Below are positions 63,503 through 64,000 of a stretch of 64,000 nt of DNA, in pieces. Position 1 is the first letter of the stretch. Each line of letters begins with the position of its first letter. Below the pieces are notes generated by a model, which did not search any database, was not told the origin of the DNA, and worked only from the letters and a program-made list of their open reading frames with translations. Source of the DNA: Octopus bimaculoides (Eukaryota); contig NC_068984.1 in NCBI RefSeq assembly GCF_001194135.2, positions 42,176,701-42,240,700 of the forward strand. The letters are read 5' to 3'. Position numbers and translations under genes: made by a program.

Positions 63503-64000
63503 TATTTTGTTTGTTTTTAACACAATACGTATATAAAGGAATTTTTTGCCGATGAAAACCGTAGCCTCTGGCGTTTCAATTGTACACACACGTTAAATAA
63601 GTTATTTTAATAAAGATTTTACCATAGAGCTGCTTTTATTGCATAATTCGAATTTTATTCTGCTTATGTGGCACCTTTGAAAACCAGTGTATAGTTTATG
63701 CACTATCTCTATATACTTCAGATCAGCTGATTCGATTTCACTTCGAAAATGATACTAGTGAGTGACACTGAGAAGCAGCATTGACGAAAAAATCCGTAGC
63801 TCCTGCTCTCACAGTCATTTCTGGGCTGATTCCGTTTCACCTAATTCTGTAGTATATTGTTTTGTTTTGTTTTAACACAGTGTCTATAAAAAGACTTTTT
63901 GTTGGACAGAAACCTCGGCTTCTGGCTTTTCAACTTCATACATACGTTAAGTGTGCCATTAAAGTTTTTTTTTGTAGAGCTGCTTCTATTGCATAATTCG
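63503..64000. repeat. Diverged tandem repeat, ~350-bp unit, second copy runs off the window
   Basis: ttaacaca at 63517/63872, ctggc.tttcaa and acgttaa blocks, agagctgctt.tattgcataattcg at 63626/63976. Confidence 0.75.

Overview
AT-rich, microsatellite-saturated eukaryotic draft scaffold with many N gaps. The SINE, RTE and mariner repertoire looks cephalopod, most likely Octopus (inference from recalled repeat sequences; no search run). No host protein-coding gene can be identified with confidence: almost every long ORF in the track is a microsatellite or N-gap artefact, and only a few short exon-like segments with good splice signals remain as weak candidates. The window is mainly decayed mobile DNA: four mariner copies, pogo/Tigger and hAT remnants, RTE, CR1/Jockey-like, R4/Dong-like and L1/Tx1-like LINE fragments, Penelope-like (PLE) RT and GIY-YIG fragments, and several tRNA-derived SINE families. 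The most interesting signal is invisible in the ORF track: type I hammerhead ribozyme motifs, comprising one with an essentially intact core (8318-8411, minus), two fold-back elements each built from an outward-facing inverted pair of decayed hammerheads (1411-1839, 5811-6158), and further relics. Also notable are two convergent mariner copies sharing the same nonsense mutations, a perfect 32-bp inverted repeat element, and four RFX X-box-like motifs.
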